64,000 bases of DNA from Eukaryota sp. GEM-RC1 (lineage: Eukaryota): contig JAUFOQ010000002.1 in the NCBI GenBank assembly GCA_040285855.1, positions 1,922,001 through 1,986,000 on the forward strand. Reading direction: 5' to 3'. Shown piece by piece: positions 35,880 to 48,759 of this stretch. The first letter of the stretch is position 1. Each line of letters opens with the position of its first letter. The translations under genes were made by a program, and so were the position numbers. Under the pieces are notes generated by a model that was not told the origin of the DNA, made no database searches, and was given only the letters and a program-made list of their open reading frames with translations.

Positions 35880-37235
35880 TCAGTCCACATCCTCATTTTT
35901 GACAGCATATCCTTCAACTATTTCAAGAACCTGATCACTATAAGATAAATTAGCAAATGAATAGTAATTACCACTACTTAATCTGGGAAGAGTTCCCTTG
36001 AGATAAACTGAAGAATTACTCAGAGATTTGATTGTTAACGTGTAATTAATTAAATTTGCATTGATATGAAGTAAGTCACCAGGACTCCATGGATTAGTTT
36101 TACATTCAAATAGACAACCATAACCGTAATTCCCATTATGAAAACAGTGAGCATTCTCAAAACAACGACCACTAACTGTAAACCTTGATTCATCAATGAC
36201 TCCAACCCAGAGATTTCTTGTAGTTCCCTGGTACCTCAACTTCCAAGTATATGAAGAACCTGGAAGAAGTGGAGCATCGCCTAGAACATTTCTTTCAGCG
36301 GTACTACCAAGAACACTGACTCTCTTTTTGTCTTCAGTAACATGCAATTTAGAATGCTTCCTAGTTTGTGAGAATCTGACCATTTTCCTTTTCAATTCTT
36401 CAATTTCAGCTTGTAATTTAGAGACACTTGCTTCTAAACCAGAAATTCCAGTCTTCAAGTCAGAATTTTCCTTAACTACAGTGTCGACGCAAACATTCTG
36501 GACTTTAGTAAACAAAAACTTCATCAATGCGATTGACAATTCTTCCACATCTTTTAAAGGAACAAACAGAAACTCATCCCATTGTTGAAAAGAAAGAACT
36601 TCAACTGAACAAGAATTTAAAATTATTAAAAACTCAGTTATATCAAAATTGTGATTGAGAATTGATCGTACCAATGACTTAATTAACCATGAAAGTGACT
36701 GTAATGAGGTGCAATATTTGGAAAGTGTTTTAAAGCCCTCAGTAGTGATTGTCATCACGTCATCAATCAAAACGTCATCAATCTTGGAAAGGAAAGGACC
36801 AACAAATTCCAGAGCTCTCAAGTCATTTCTTTCATCTGCTTCTTGAACAAACGGCTTTAACCAAGCCCATGTCACGAGCTGAGTGTTTAGATTAGCTTCA
36901 ATAAAGTCAGTCAGTTTCTCATCTTGAAAGTAATGAGTAAGGTAGTAAAAGTCATAGACATTGTTCTCATTGAGAGTGAATGATTGTCCGTAGAAAGACT
37001 TGATGAAAGAAAAGAAATTGAGAGAGCTAACAGGGAGATGGGAGAAGTCAATGGGGTTCTCGACTCTATCACCAAACTCCAAGAATCAAAGAGACCGGAA
37101 GTAAGTGGAGTGAGCAGCGAGGACGGATTTGTTTACTTCGATAGACTCTTCTCCAAAGGAAATGGTTTGATTAGAGAAAGAGGGTTCTTCTAGAATGATA
37201 GTCAGAGTTTCTGTTGGAGAATGGGCAAATGGCAT
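35880..37235 (-). pseudogene. BTB/POZ - coiled coil - SPRY/B30.2-like protein with one in-frame TGA at codon 50
   Basis: ATG 37235: MPFAHSP...IEVNKSVLAAHSTYFRSL*FLEFGD..PIDFSHL; C-terminus RFSQTRKHSKLHVTEDKKRV..NVLGDAPL..YTWKL..LWVGVID..WSPGDLL..YYSFANL; otherwise an uninterrupted frame. Confidence 0.8.
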
Positions 37236-37672
37236 TGAAATAACTATTGTAGAAATGGTCCTAGTCTATGTTCGGAGTCACCTCAATGGGGTTTTCGAGA
37301 AGTTCAACACGTGTTGGATATGTCATTCTTCTATGTCACTTCAATGAATTTGCGTAAACTTCTACTGTTCTTGATAATACTATATTGATTAAAGGTAGAA
37401 AATTCAAGTTTACTCCAAAGTTTACTTAAATGTATGGATTATTGATGAGCTCTTCATGTTATCAGTTATGGAATCGATGAAAATCAGTTCCAATTTATCA
37501 ACTTGGTTCGGATGTAACATGAGTGAAGAATAGATGTGTTTTTCCATTGGTTGATCTTAAAGTGAGTTATTCTGTTCTATTGCAATACGTTTTATGGCAT
37601 ATGTAATATCAGTGACGTTGCTAGACCCCAAGACAAACTACAAATCTTCCCCAAAGAAGTGATCAATCAATG

Positions 37673-38540
37673 CAGGGCCTACGGAAAAATATTTACATAA
37701 AATATTTCAAACTTTTTCTTGAATAAATAAATATGAGTTATTGCCGATGAAGAAAATAAATAATTGCAATTATTTAAATTATTTACTCAATGGAAACAAG
37801 GATGCTACAACACTTCACAAACGTGATCTAACACGAACACTAGTACCTCTCCAGGTTTTGTGTGTTCTTATAACTTCCCAGATAGGTTTCCAGTGTTAAA
37901 AAGGAATGATTTTAATGTAGACACAGTGTTCTATTCAACGAGAATGTGGTCAAACCAAAGCGATGCTGTCCAACAGTTACCGAACAACAGCAAACACATT
38001 TTCACATATTTGGAAAGTTTCAGGGTTGGAAGAATACAATCAATACCACGGGATTAGCGGTTTTGTGTTACGATAAGTAGAAATTTTTAAACCAATTTCG
38101 TCTGGCTCTATTTCGATAGGGGAATGAACTTTGTCAAGCCCAGAAAGGAAAAACGCCTTGTATTTACACAAGATACCTTCAATATTTACAAAGGCGCTAC
38201 CAAGACCACTACATCATCTCATATTCATGCTCAATTCAAAGAGACAGTTTAAAATCGAATCAAAAATAGTTTAGAAAGTGTACGCTTTTCTACTGCAATG
38301 AGTTCTGTATCTAGTCTCAGTACATGATGAAGACCGTACTGAGTTGAAAATGTGACGGATTGCAACATGTTGCAGTTTTCACCTTCATAGGTTGTCCGGT
38401 GAGAGAGCAAAAAATATAAAAATAATTTTTTATTTTCTGTTTTCACAAAATAAATAATGGAGAAACCCACTTGAAAAAATACATAAAATATCATTATTTA
38501 TTGTAAATATTTAAATACAAATATTTTTCCGTAGGCCCTG
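37673..38540 (-). mobile_element. Internally deleted hAT element related to 13203-13961
   Basis: Perfect 22-bp TIR CAGGGCCTACGGAAAAATATTT; perfect TSD AATCAATG (37665-37672, 38541-38548); internal AGCATCGCTTTGGT and TYEGENCNMLQS shared with the first element. Confidence 0.9.
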
Positions 38541-39406
38541 AATCAATGTAACAGCATCTTTCATCAGAAACAATGCTGTCATTGTTGTTCATTTTGAAGA
38601 CCAACAAAAACCACGGTCCGATTCTAATGGTAGATCAAGGTGATAAGTCTGTTGCTTCTTTCTTGAAATATCATACGAGAATGCCAACCCCAGTGATGCT
38701 TTTATCATTCAGTTTCTGTACACTTCATTTTTTCTTTAGTACCACTTCAAGCCGTCTGACTGACAATTTTAATCACAACTGAATGAAGACAATCGTCTTG
38801 TGAGCCATTAATTTCTCAGTAGGGTTCTTCTCCACTTATTGCTATTACAACCTTTTTTTAAAAAATCACAGTTTTTCTCATATCCGTAATACGCTTCTAA
38901 AACAAAGATGATATTTTCCGTCAAAAATTTGAATCACCACAAATTTGAAGTTGAATTTTCTCCATGCAAAATTTTGGGAAATGATTGTAGGCGTGACGTA
39001 CTTTGCAATGGCTGTACGCTTGTTAATTACTACAATAACGAGGAAAAAGGACATTTTGGTATTTTGGTTCCTTGTAATGTTATTTCTGTATTTTTCAAAT
39101 ACCCATGGAACATGCTTGGGCAGCTCAAGTTGTTCAATATTGATTCTGTTGGATGTAGTTATCTTTTTATAGATAGTCAACACCTTTTGGTCAAGAGTTA
39201 TGTAATTTTGACGAAATCAATCATACAATGGAACAAAAAAGTTCAACAAACCCTCTATCCTCTATCAACTATATACACACGCATTTGAAAAACAACATTA
39301 TGTATCACCACAGCTAAAGAATAACATCAAGGAGACACCTTTGATAGCTGTAGACCTCGCAAATTGGTCAAAACAGAGATCTTTTTGTCATTTGGTACCA
39401 AATTGG

Positions 39407-41719
39407 TAGAGTGAGCAAACACGCGGTGTTAAGAATTTTGACAGCGTGTCAACACGCTCAACACGTACATTTTCTTCTTTCTACCACTCTTTTCTCATTA
39501 CACCATGACCCTCCCTAAAGAATGGGATGACCTTCTTTATATCGATACAAACAATCCACCAGCAACTGCTTCCAATTACCGTTTCGTTTGTCGAAGTTGC
39601 CGAAATTCTTGGTCAGGTAACTTTTATCGATCAGCAGGTCATTATCTACAAGAGTGTTCTGGTCGTGGAGTAGGCCTGTGTCCTCATACAGAACGCAATG
39701 CTGCTTTAATTGTGAATCTCCGATCCTACGTACGTACCAAGACTCCTAAACGTCTTCGCCGAAGCTCCTCTGACGCACCAGTCAAACAAGCTGCTCCTTC
39801 TGACAATGTTTCTATTGTAGAGGCGTTCCAGTCCAACAAGAGAACACTTGCTGATGAAACTTTAACCAAGTTCTTCTGTTGCAGTAATGTTGCTTTTAAT
39901 ACTGTAGATTCTAGTCTGTTCGCGGAATTTGTATCACTTGTTGGACAAATTGGCACAAGTTACTCCGTTCCAGCTTCCTCCACTATGAGAAACACGCTTA
40001 TGCCTAATGTATATTCAGAAGAAAAGGAAAATGTTGACTACGACATCAAAAAAAAATTTAAATGGTTGGACTCTTACCACTGACGGTTGGAGTGATGGTG
40101 ATCGATCACTCATCAATTTCATTTTGGTTTCTCCTAATGTAACTACTTTTTTTAGAGCTCTCGATGTATCTGACAAACCAAAGACTGGGGAATACATCGC
40201 ATTGTTAATTCAAGATGTCATTGCAGATATTGGAAAGGAAAAAATCATTCAAGTGGTAACTGATAGTGGATCCAATTTTGTGTCTGCTATGTCTAAAGTA
40301 CAAGAAGTTTATCCCAAAATTTTTCATACACGATGTTTGTGTCATAGTCTTGATTTGGTTTTGGAATCAATGCACAAATATTTCAATCAATCATCGTATC
40401 CAGAAGTTTCAACATTTTTCGAACAAGTTCGTACAATTGTTACGTTTTTTACTGCCCACTCTAAGCCAAGAGCATTACTCAAAAATCATTCTCATCTGAA
40501 GATTAGAAAATACCCAGAAACGAGATTTTACTACCGATTTTTAACATTGAAAGAATAGTGCGCATTCGTGATGCTCTTGATAGTTTGATGGGTGATTTAA
40601 GTTATATCACATGGTGGAGAGCAATTGAAAGAGCTCAACAAAACGTCAATTTGAAACAGCAGGGCCGAACGATCAAGTTATTACTCGCAACTCCGGACTT
40701 TTGGGAGCTCGTTGATGAAGTCCTGTCAATTATGAATCCGATAGTAAAACTCCTTCAGCTCGCAGATTCAGATCTACCCATACTAGGAAAGGTCATAAGC
40801 TATTTGGCAATAATTGATAGCAAATTGAACAATTTAGATCTCGTTCATATTGACGGAGTAACACATGGACGAACTATCATTTGTTTCCGATCAAAGATGT
40901 TGCGAAGTATTAATGAATTGCACAGGGCAGCATCCGTTCTAGAGCCAGAATTTCTGTTTCAGGGAATTTCACAGTCAGATCAAAATGTGCAAGCTCTTTT
41001 AGATGTGTCAAAGATGTACTTGGGTGCAGAAAACTCAAATGCCTCAGATGAATTAGGGAAGGTAGTAGGTAAAGCTGGATTGTTTGGAAGAACAGATGTT
41101 CAACAATCTGCGAGAAACATGCCTGCTCATCTTTGGTGGAGGACTTATGGCAATTCATGTCCAAGTCTTCAGAAAGTAGCAGTCAAAATTCTTGGGATGG
41201 TTTCGTCCAGTTCAAGCGCAGAAAGAAACTGGTCTGCTTATGGAAATGTCTTGACGGATAAGAGAAAAAACTTCACCAGTGCAAACTTGGAAAAGATCAT
41301 CTTTATAAGATCCAATCAAAAGGATCGACATAGAGATGAGGCAAAGGCGTTTATTAGATGGGATATGTTCAATGAAAATTTGTCAGAAAACGAAGTAGAG
41401 CCTCTTGACGAAGATGAGATTGAGAACTCAGGTGTACAGAACATCGGTGAAGAACATGTTATAAATGTAGATTAGTAAGCTTACCACCATTGTTTTGGTC
41501 ACTTTTCTCTGGTGGTGTACATTAATGTGACAATAAAGAATTTTATATTATTGTGTTTACACGACAATGACACTCTGAGACTTATCAAAAGAAAAAGAGG
41601 AACACTCAAGCACAACGTGTTGAAAATGTCCTTAACGGTGTTAAGGATTTTGACAGCGTGTCAACACGCACTAACACGTGTTGACACGTGTTAGTGTTAA
41701 CACGTGTTTGCTCACTCTG
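39407..41719 (+). mobile_element. hAT DNA transposon (BED finger/DUF659 type)
   Basis: TIR (T/C)AGAGTGAGCAAACACG; ACACG/CGTGT subterminal repeats; a GGTGTTAAG.ATTTTGACAGCGTGTCAACACGC block near both ends; TSD imperfect (GTACCAA on both flanks). Confidence 0.88.
39505..41475 (+). pseudogene. hAT transposase with two frameshifts
   Basis: FVCRSC...AGHYL (BED), WTLTTDGWSD, IQVVTDSGSNF, CLCHSLDL, PETRF, WWRTYG..LQKVAVKIL..SSSSAERNWS; breaks at the A-run near 40050 and near 40550. Confidence 0.9.
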
Positions 41720-43099
41720 GTACCAATTCGACAATGTCATTCTATTGGTCATTATTTCCTATTCATTGCAGCTTAATCCTAGGAGAAATCCTCTCCAAGG
41801 ATGATATCCTCTCCATGGTGTCATCTCTCGTAGGTTCATTAGGCAAAAGCTCATCTCAGCTGTTGTGTTTGGTGCATCTTTTGGGATTCTGCAGACCTGT
41901 GTTGTTTTCTCTTCTTTTACTTTTTCGTATTTACAATTATGGAAGTATTTTCCATAATACTGATGCACATCAAAGATATTCCAGGGTTTGATGTTGATCA
42001 AATTTTAAACTCATCATTAATTATACATTTTTGGTGTTCTTTTACACAAGAAACACCACCACCTTGAAAATGAGCACACACGAGTCAACAAAGGCACCAA
42101 AGAAAGACTTAGTACGATCCCAACCCATTTTGGAATGTTCGAGAATTTCAGACTAAGTATTTGGGCATAACAGAGCTTTGGTGGACGTCGAGCATGATCT
42201 CTCATCCTTTTAGTAGCAGCCCAGCACAAAGGTAGGAAATGTCATGATGGACACCCCAAAATTGTTAATAATGTTTGGTAAACAGTGTGATCAGTAGCAA
42301 ATGGTTTTCTCGGATGGGAACACATCACAAAGTCGAAACAAAGTTCCCAGAACTGCTGTTGGGTCAACCATTGGGAATGCCCAGGCTCATACAAAGCGTA
42401 CAGTCTCGCAAGAAGACATCCATAAACAGCAATACGTTGTTTGTTACAGAACTGTTCATCAATGGCCAGACGTACATGCCAATGGTGGCACCGAGTAGTG
42501 GTCTAGGGTTGTCAATCAGTTCAGCCCAGTTTATGAACTCAGCTGAACTGAACTGACTAAACTGATGTTCAAATCATTATGAATTGATGTGAAACCTTCA
42601 AATAAAGACAATCATTTAGTAGTCATAACATTAAGAAGCCTAACAACAAACAAAATGAGCTACTTTTGGTTAACGACATAGCTGTTACTTTGAAGCCATG
42701 AGTTGACACACACAAGTGATTGGACAGTGTCATTACCGAGTTTTGGATGATGTTTGGAGGCAATAGCCCCAGCATTCTTTCAGAAGCAACGCTAGTGGAT
42801 TGAATCACAGCATTGCTAAGGAACAACTTTGCCAACCCGTGGTACAACAGTCTTATTTAACTTCCATTATTTCAATGGATCAGCAATGTTTTCAAATAGT
42901 TTTGATAAATTTTTTAAAAAAAACGGATTTATGTGCGGAGAAAAACATACAACAAGAAAACAACAAATAATAAACACTATTATAACAAATTATCACACGA
43001 ACTACCTAATTCCGAAAAGTAGTTACCCCCAAACAACCTGGACAAAATGGAATCAGCATATCTATGCATAGACTAAAAAAATCGAAAAAGCAAATTTAC

Positions 43100-43718
43100 C
43101 AGTGTTGCGCCATAACCAAAAATAATTTGCCATACGAGTATGGACGTATGGACGTATGGTGGAATGGCAGAATGGCTGAGAATGGCCATCAAGTCATATA
43201 GCAAAATCTTTCCAACATCACTTAACTTCATAATGTCTAAATACCATCTCATACACTTCAATTTGTCATCAAATTAGTAAAACAAGTATGCTCTGTAGAA
43301 TCGTGTGAAAGAGTTTGAGTACGTACTCATTCATTCACAACAAACGATGAAACAGACTTTTTGTAGTTTTTTCACTTTAGAGAACAGAAGTACTAAGATA
43401 AAAACAATAACAGACCTATAATGGAACGTACAAGAAACTGGTTTCTATACAAATCAATGGAACTCAGATCAAAGACCTCCAGCAATGGAAGCAGAGATGG
43501 TATCCCGATGGTGATAATTTTTCCAATGGGATGGAAGATGTGGAGGTTTGGTTTTCAGAAACGTATATTTATCTTATAAACAAGTCATAGAGCTTCTGTG
43601 TCGAAGAAGTTCAAATACAGATACATGTAGTCAAATTGCGTATGGCAAAAACAGAAAATGCCATACGCGTATGGGCGTACGGACGTATGGGATTCCATAC
43701 GTGTATGGCGCAACACAG
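43100..43718. mobile_element. hAT-type MITE, probably nested in an older hAT remnant
   Basis: TIR C(A/T)GTGTTGCGCCATA; perfect TSD AAATTTAC (43092-43099, 43719-43726); CGTATGG/CCATACG subterminal repeats, which recur near 44350-44395. Confidence 0.85.
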
Positions 43719-44654
43719 AAATTTACTCTTCCAGTATGATCTGTTCAACTGCTTCAAGAGAAAAGTTTTGTGATATGAATTAACGAAATACAAACTACTA
43801 CTACTAGTACTTCAAAGATATTATATGATCTACAGCTACTCTTGAACTACCACAATACAGTTTTCCTGAATATGATTCAAATATTTTGGGAAACTTCTAT
43901 ATAAAGAAAAAACAATGCTATTGTGCCAAAGAGTCTGATTGAAACTTTTCCTTTGATCACGACATAATTTTGAAAATGCTTAAGAAGAGGTTCGATTTTC
44001 GCATTAAAACCTTGACATATAATCATTTCATACGTAATTTCTCGAACAGCTTCGTGTATATTCGATCTAAACTGAAGAAATTTTTTGCAACTAACAATGT
44101 GTTTGAAGTCAACTTTTGGTCATCTTCACAGCAACACACAGTATTATCTAACAACTTAGATGAAATCAGACCTAAGCGAAAACGCATGTTAAGTTTCCAA
44201 GACTCATTTTTGAGACGAAGACCATAAGGTCTATGCTGTTGAGTAATAAATGATGAACGTTTTTCAAATCAAAAAGAAAAGCAGCAAAGACGGGACTATT
44301 GACCTTACTAAATAATCTTTATAGTAATATTCAGTGTCGTGTCATTGTTTGCCAGACACGTATGGACTCCCGAAGTCCATACCCGTATAACATTGTCTGT
44401 TCTTGCATCAACATTTTGACTACATATATCTACATTACAATTTTGTTGTGTATGAATGAGTATGTACTCCAAATTCTGTCACACGATTCTACAGCGCCAT
44501 TCCATCGAAGAAGGAAATTTCAGTGTTCTTTTCGAATTGTTGTATCTCTTCTGTCGAAAATATATTTGTGTTTGAAAGTTTCCATTTCTGTGAAGAAAAC
44601 TAACATATCTCAAAGCGTTGATTGATCAATCATCTGGTTATGTTAATCTTTTTC

Positions 44655-45656
44655 TCATACCAGCTTATTGGGAACAGATGTGTGAGACTTAACTGACTTG
44701 AGGTGATGAAAACGTCCTGAACACTTGTCGCAAAAGTTGGCGTCACAATTTGAGCAAAGGACTGAGGGTAGAGCAACACAGAGAGCACAGAGAGTTGGAT
44801 CTGTTGAATGTTCATTAGAAGTTAAATGTCCATCCAATTTAGAGATACTTGCTTCTAAACCAGAAATTCCAGTCCTCAAGTCAGAATTTTCCTTAACTAC
44901 AGTATCGACACAAACATTCTTGACATTAGTAAGCAAAAACTTCATCAAATCGGATTTCAATTCTTCAACATCTTTTAAAGGAACATAGAGTAACTCATCC
45001 CATTGTTGAAAAGAAAGAGCTTCAATTGAACAAGAATTTAGAATATTTAAAAATTCGGTTAAATCGAAACTGTGATTGAGAATCGATTCCAGCATCGATG
45101 TGATGAACCACGATTGTGTTTGCGGTGTAACACAGTACTTACAAAGCTGTTTAAATCCGTCAGCAGTCATTGCCATCACGTCATCAATCAAAACGTCATC
45201 AATCTTGGAGAGGAAAGGACCAACAAATTGCAGAGCTCTCAGGTCATTCCTTTCATCTGCTTCTTGAACAAACGGCTTTAACCAAGCCCATGTCACGAGC
45301 TGAGTGTTTAGATTAGATTCAATAAAGTCAGTCAGTTTCTCATCTTGAAAGTAATGAGTAAGGTAGTAGAAGTGATAGGCATTACTCTCATTGAGAGAGA
45401 ATGATTGTCCATAGAAAGACCTGATGAAAGAAAAGAAATTGTGAGAACTAACAGGAAGATGGGAGAAGTCAATGGGGTTCTCGTCTCTATCACCAAACTC
45501 CAAGAATCAAAGGGATAGAAAGTAAGTGGAGTGAGCAGCGAGGACGGATTTGTTTACTTCGATAGACTCTTCTCCAAAGGAAACTGTTTGATTAGAGAAA
45601 GAGGGTTCATCAAGTATGATGGTGAGAGTTTCTGCTGGAGGATGGACAAATGACAC
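44655..45656 (-). pseudogene. BTB/POZ - coiled coil - B-box protein; start codon is GTG and codon 50 is TGA
   Basis: Close paralogue of 35880-37235 up to ISGLEASISKL, then CALCVALPSVLCSNCDANFCDKCSGRFHHLKSVKSH (B-box pattern). Confidence 0.8.
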
Positions 45657-45877
45657 AAGAATGAGTACTAGTAGGTATGAAATCATCTTGAACTATTGCC
45701 ATTATAACTATTTTCTACTAAAACCACATTGTTTCTCATAGCCGTAATACGCATCTAAATCAACGATAATATTACCTATCAAATGTTTCGATGATCAGAA
45801 AGTCACATTTTGTGAATGCAATATTGTGAGAGGAATTGCATATGTCAGTGAATGAACACTAGTTAATATCTAAAACA

Positions 45878-48354
45878 ATGAGGAAAAGCGAGAAGAGGAC
45901 CAGACATGGAATTTTTTCTTCTGCAACAACTGGGGTTGCCTCAACTGTTTTTGGTGGACAGACCATACACTCACTGTTTGGTTATAAGTTTATGAAAGAA
46001 GAAGAATCCATACATGATGTTATTAAATGTATGTCATCAAATGTCAAAATTTTGTTAAAAAAATTACTCCAAAAAATTCAATGTTAATCATTGATGAAAT
46101 TTCAATGTTGTCCTCCAAATTGTTTCAACGGGCGAGTGACATTTTGAGTGAGCTTATGTACACTCCAAAATGTCACTCCCCGAAGAAACCATTTGGAGGA
46201 ATTCAGATAATTTGTTTTGGGGACTTTCTTCAATTAGCCCCTGTTGTGAAAAGTCTTGATGGAAAAGGAAATCAAAAAGTGGTAATTTCTGATTTCGCTT
46301 TTTCATCAAGTGCTTGGAACAGTTTAAATTTTAAATATTGTGAACTGGCTGGTAGTATTCGACAGCAATCAGATTCCCAATTTTTTAATTTTCTAAATCA
46401 ATTGAGATTGGGTCTTTTTGATAATTTTATGAAATCAATTCTGCGTACTCATTTCGAAACAGCAGAATGAAGACCCAACAATTTTATACGGAAGGAATAC
46501 TGATGTTGCTAGAGAAAATTTAAAACAATTCAAAATTCTGGCCAAAATTCAGATTCAATTGAATTTGTAGCTGTTGACAAATTCAATGAATCTGAATTAA
46601 AATCTCAAATTAGAAAAAGAAGTTCTAGATTTCCAGTCAATGAATCTAATTTAGAAAAATATTATGACATTGAAACTTCTGTGCTGACAAGTCGCTTGAA
46701 TGACTTTTGCTGAAAAAAAACTAGACTGCGTTGTGGGTGGACAAGTGATGTACACTAAAAATAAGCCTAAACTTGGACTAGTTAATGGTTCAAAAGGAGT
46801 TATTGTTAATTTTTCAGATTCATATATTGATGTTCGGTTCAACGCTGAAGTAGAACCGAAAAGAATTGGTCAGTCAAGGTTTGCTATCGAACATTTGAAC
46901 GAAATCGGAAGACCTGTTCAAGTGGCGAAAAGAATTCAGTTTCCGCTAAGACCTTGCTGGGCGATAACAGTGCATCGATCCCAAGGATTAACAATCGACG
47001 GGATTGAAGTTGCTATTCAGTTTTGGGAATATGCCCAACTTTATGTGACCTTAAGTAGGGTTAGGTCTTGGAGGAGTTTAAAGATTTTAAGCATTGGAAG
47101 AAGTTATCCGGTACCAAATTTGGAATTGTACCAATGGTATTATTCAACTTTTCATCCTGTTAAGCCATCCACCATTGATTTGTATGTTTTGGGAAATCAA
47201 CATTGTCTTCAACGAGATTTCAATCATTTTAATTCATTGTTTGCAAACTTTTGTGCAGAATCGAGTGAACCAATTATGGATGATGCTGTTGTTCCTGAAG
47301 ATGTTCATTGTGTTGATGAAGTTGTTGATGAAGTTATTGTTGATAATGTTGATGAACAAATTATTGAAAATAATGATAATCAAATTATTGACTTTGAAAA
47401 AATCGTTTAAATCATTTAGACAAATCAAATTTATTTGAAACAGAAGCACTACTATCAGGATCCGATTCTGGTGATGAATCTGATAGTGATACAATTTCAA
47501 CAAGTTTAGATGATTTTGTGGTAAATGATGAAGAAGATGAAACTAATATTCCTCCCAAATTTATTAATTGTGACTCAATTTTTAACAAAAATTCCCCAGA
47601 AATTGGTGTCAATAAGTCTAAACTTCCTCAGTTACCACGAAGCAAAAGTATTCTACCATCACTTCCCCGTTTGAAGAAAACCTCTTTACCAACGAAGAAT
47701 TTATTATTAAAAAAGAATGTCAGTGCTGGTATAGAAAGAAAAAGTTCCCAGGTATTTCCTCGTATTGATGATGAAAAACGATTGTGTCTCAAGGAAGTTC
47801 AAACTGAAAGTATTGTTGAAAATGAAAAATGTGTTTCCATATGTGAATATCAACAAACTGACAATGTGAATTATGAAACAATATCATTGTCTCCTATTTT
47901 GGAGTATGATCGTGTTGCTACTTCAAAACAATTCAGATTGGACTTAACTATTGGAATTCAATCAATTGTCGATAATGTACTAGATTGTATTGGATCTGAA
48001 TTTTCATCAAGTATGGAAGTGAAAACAATAAGAAACTGTTACATTACCGTTGTGATTGGTAGGGATAATGTTGATGAACGTTATTGTAGAGATGTGCTTG
48101 TGGAATTGTTTCATGTTTTGAAAGAGTATTTGAAAAATGATGAAAAGACTGGTATGTGTGTTTTATTTGAATTATATTTAATTTTGAAAAGATTGGACAA
48201 TATAGGTAATTTTGATAGTTTCATTTTGGATTACACATCTTTTATTACACATCTTGTATTACGAAAGTTGTATTACGAAAGTTGTATTACACATCTTGTA
48301 TTACACATCTTGTATTACGAATGTTGTAAAACACATCTTTTAGTTGTCACATGA
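45878..48354 (+). pseudogene. 5'-truncated PIF1-family (SF1B) DNA helicase with long acidic/helical C-terminal extension, probably element-borne
   Basis: SATTGVAS..GGQTIHSLFG, LIIDEISML, PFGGIQIICFGDFLQLAPV, SIRQQSD..FLNQLRLG, QVMYTKN..GLVNGSKG, QFPLRPCWAITVHRSQGLTID, QLYVTLSRVRS; Walker A absent; several indels and stops. Confidence 0.88.
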
Positions 48355-48390
48355 ATTACTGCTGTTGTAATACATGTGACGACTAAAAGA
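48231..48390. repeat. 14-bp minisatellite (8 units) followed by a 24-bp-stem hairpin
   Basis: Units TTACACATCTTGTA / TTACGAAAGTTGTA at 48231-48342; stem 48336-48359 pairs with 48367-48390 (22 of 24), 7-nt loop. Confidence 0.85.
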
Positions 48391-48759
48391 CAATAGATAG
48401 TGACAATAGACTGGCATAAGTGACTTAACTTTATGAAGAAAAGAAAAACATAATCAATCAAGATTTCCAAGTCGACATATGCTTTCAGCTTGTGACGGTC
48501 AGAATGAGAAGATGAAAGATTATCATAAGAAGGAGTAAATGCACTGTTTATCCAGCGAGAGATCATACTTTGCGAGACAATGAAGAAAGAAAGATGTATC
48601 TTCCCCATCCAGAGATAGGACCAAACAGCCCTCACTTTGGTGTTTTCCGAAGCGTGGACAGACATGCTCGTTAAGTCGAGTCTTGAGTCCCAGTTTGTGG
48701 GAATTGGGTGTGTGGGGGAATTGGTAAAATGGGGCAACTAGAAGGGATATTCACCCAAA

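Noticed and set aside
38560..39300. Decayed coding-like sequence (EAYYGYEKNC) with a related patch at about 45700-45875 (DAYYGYEKQC)
   Set aside because: Looks like a real repeat but I cannot assign a family or boundaries.
41720..42900. Fragmented hydrophobic ORFs flanking the hAT element
   Set aside because: No consistent frame or recognisable motif.
48231..48342. CRISPR-like array
   Set aside because: Contiguous 14-bp units without unique spacers, no cas genes, eukaryotic context.
48315..48737. 140-aa minus-strand ORF divergent from SNF2
   Set aside because: Non-ATG start, no recognisable domain and it runs into the minisatellite; cannot be supported as a gene.
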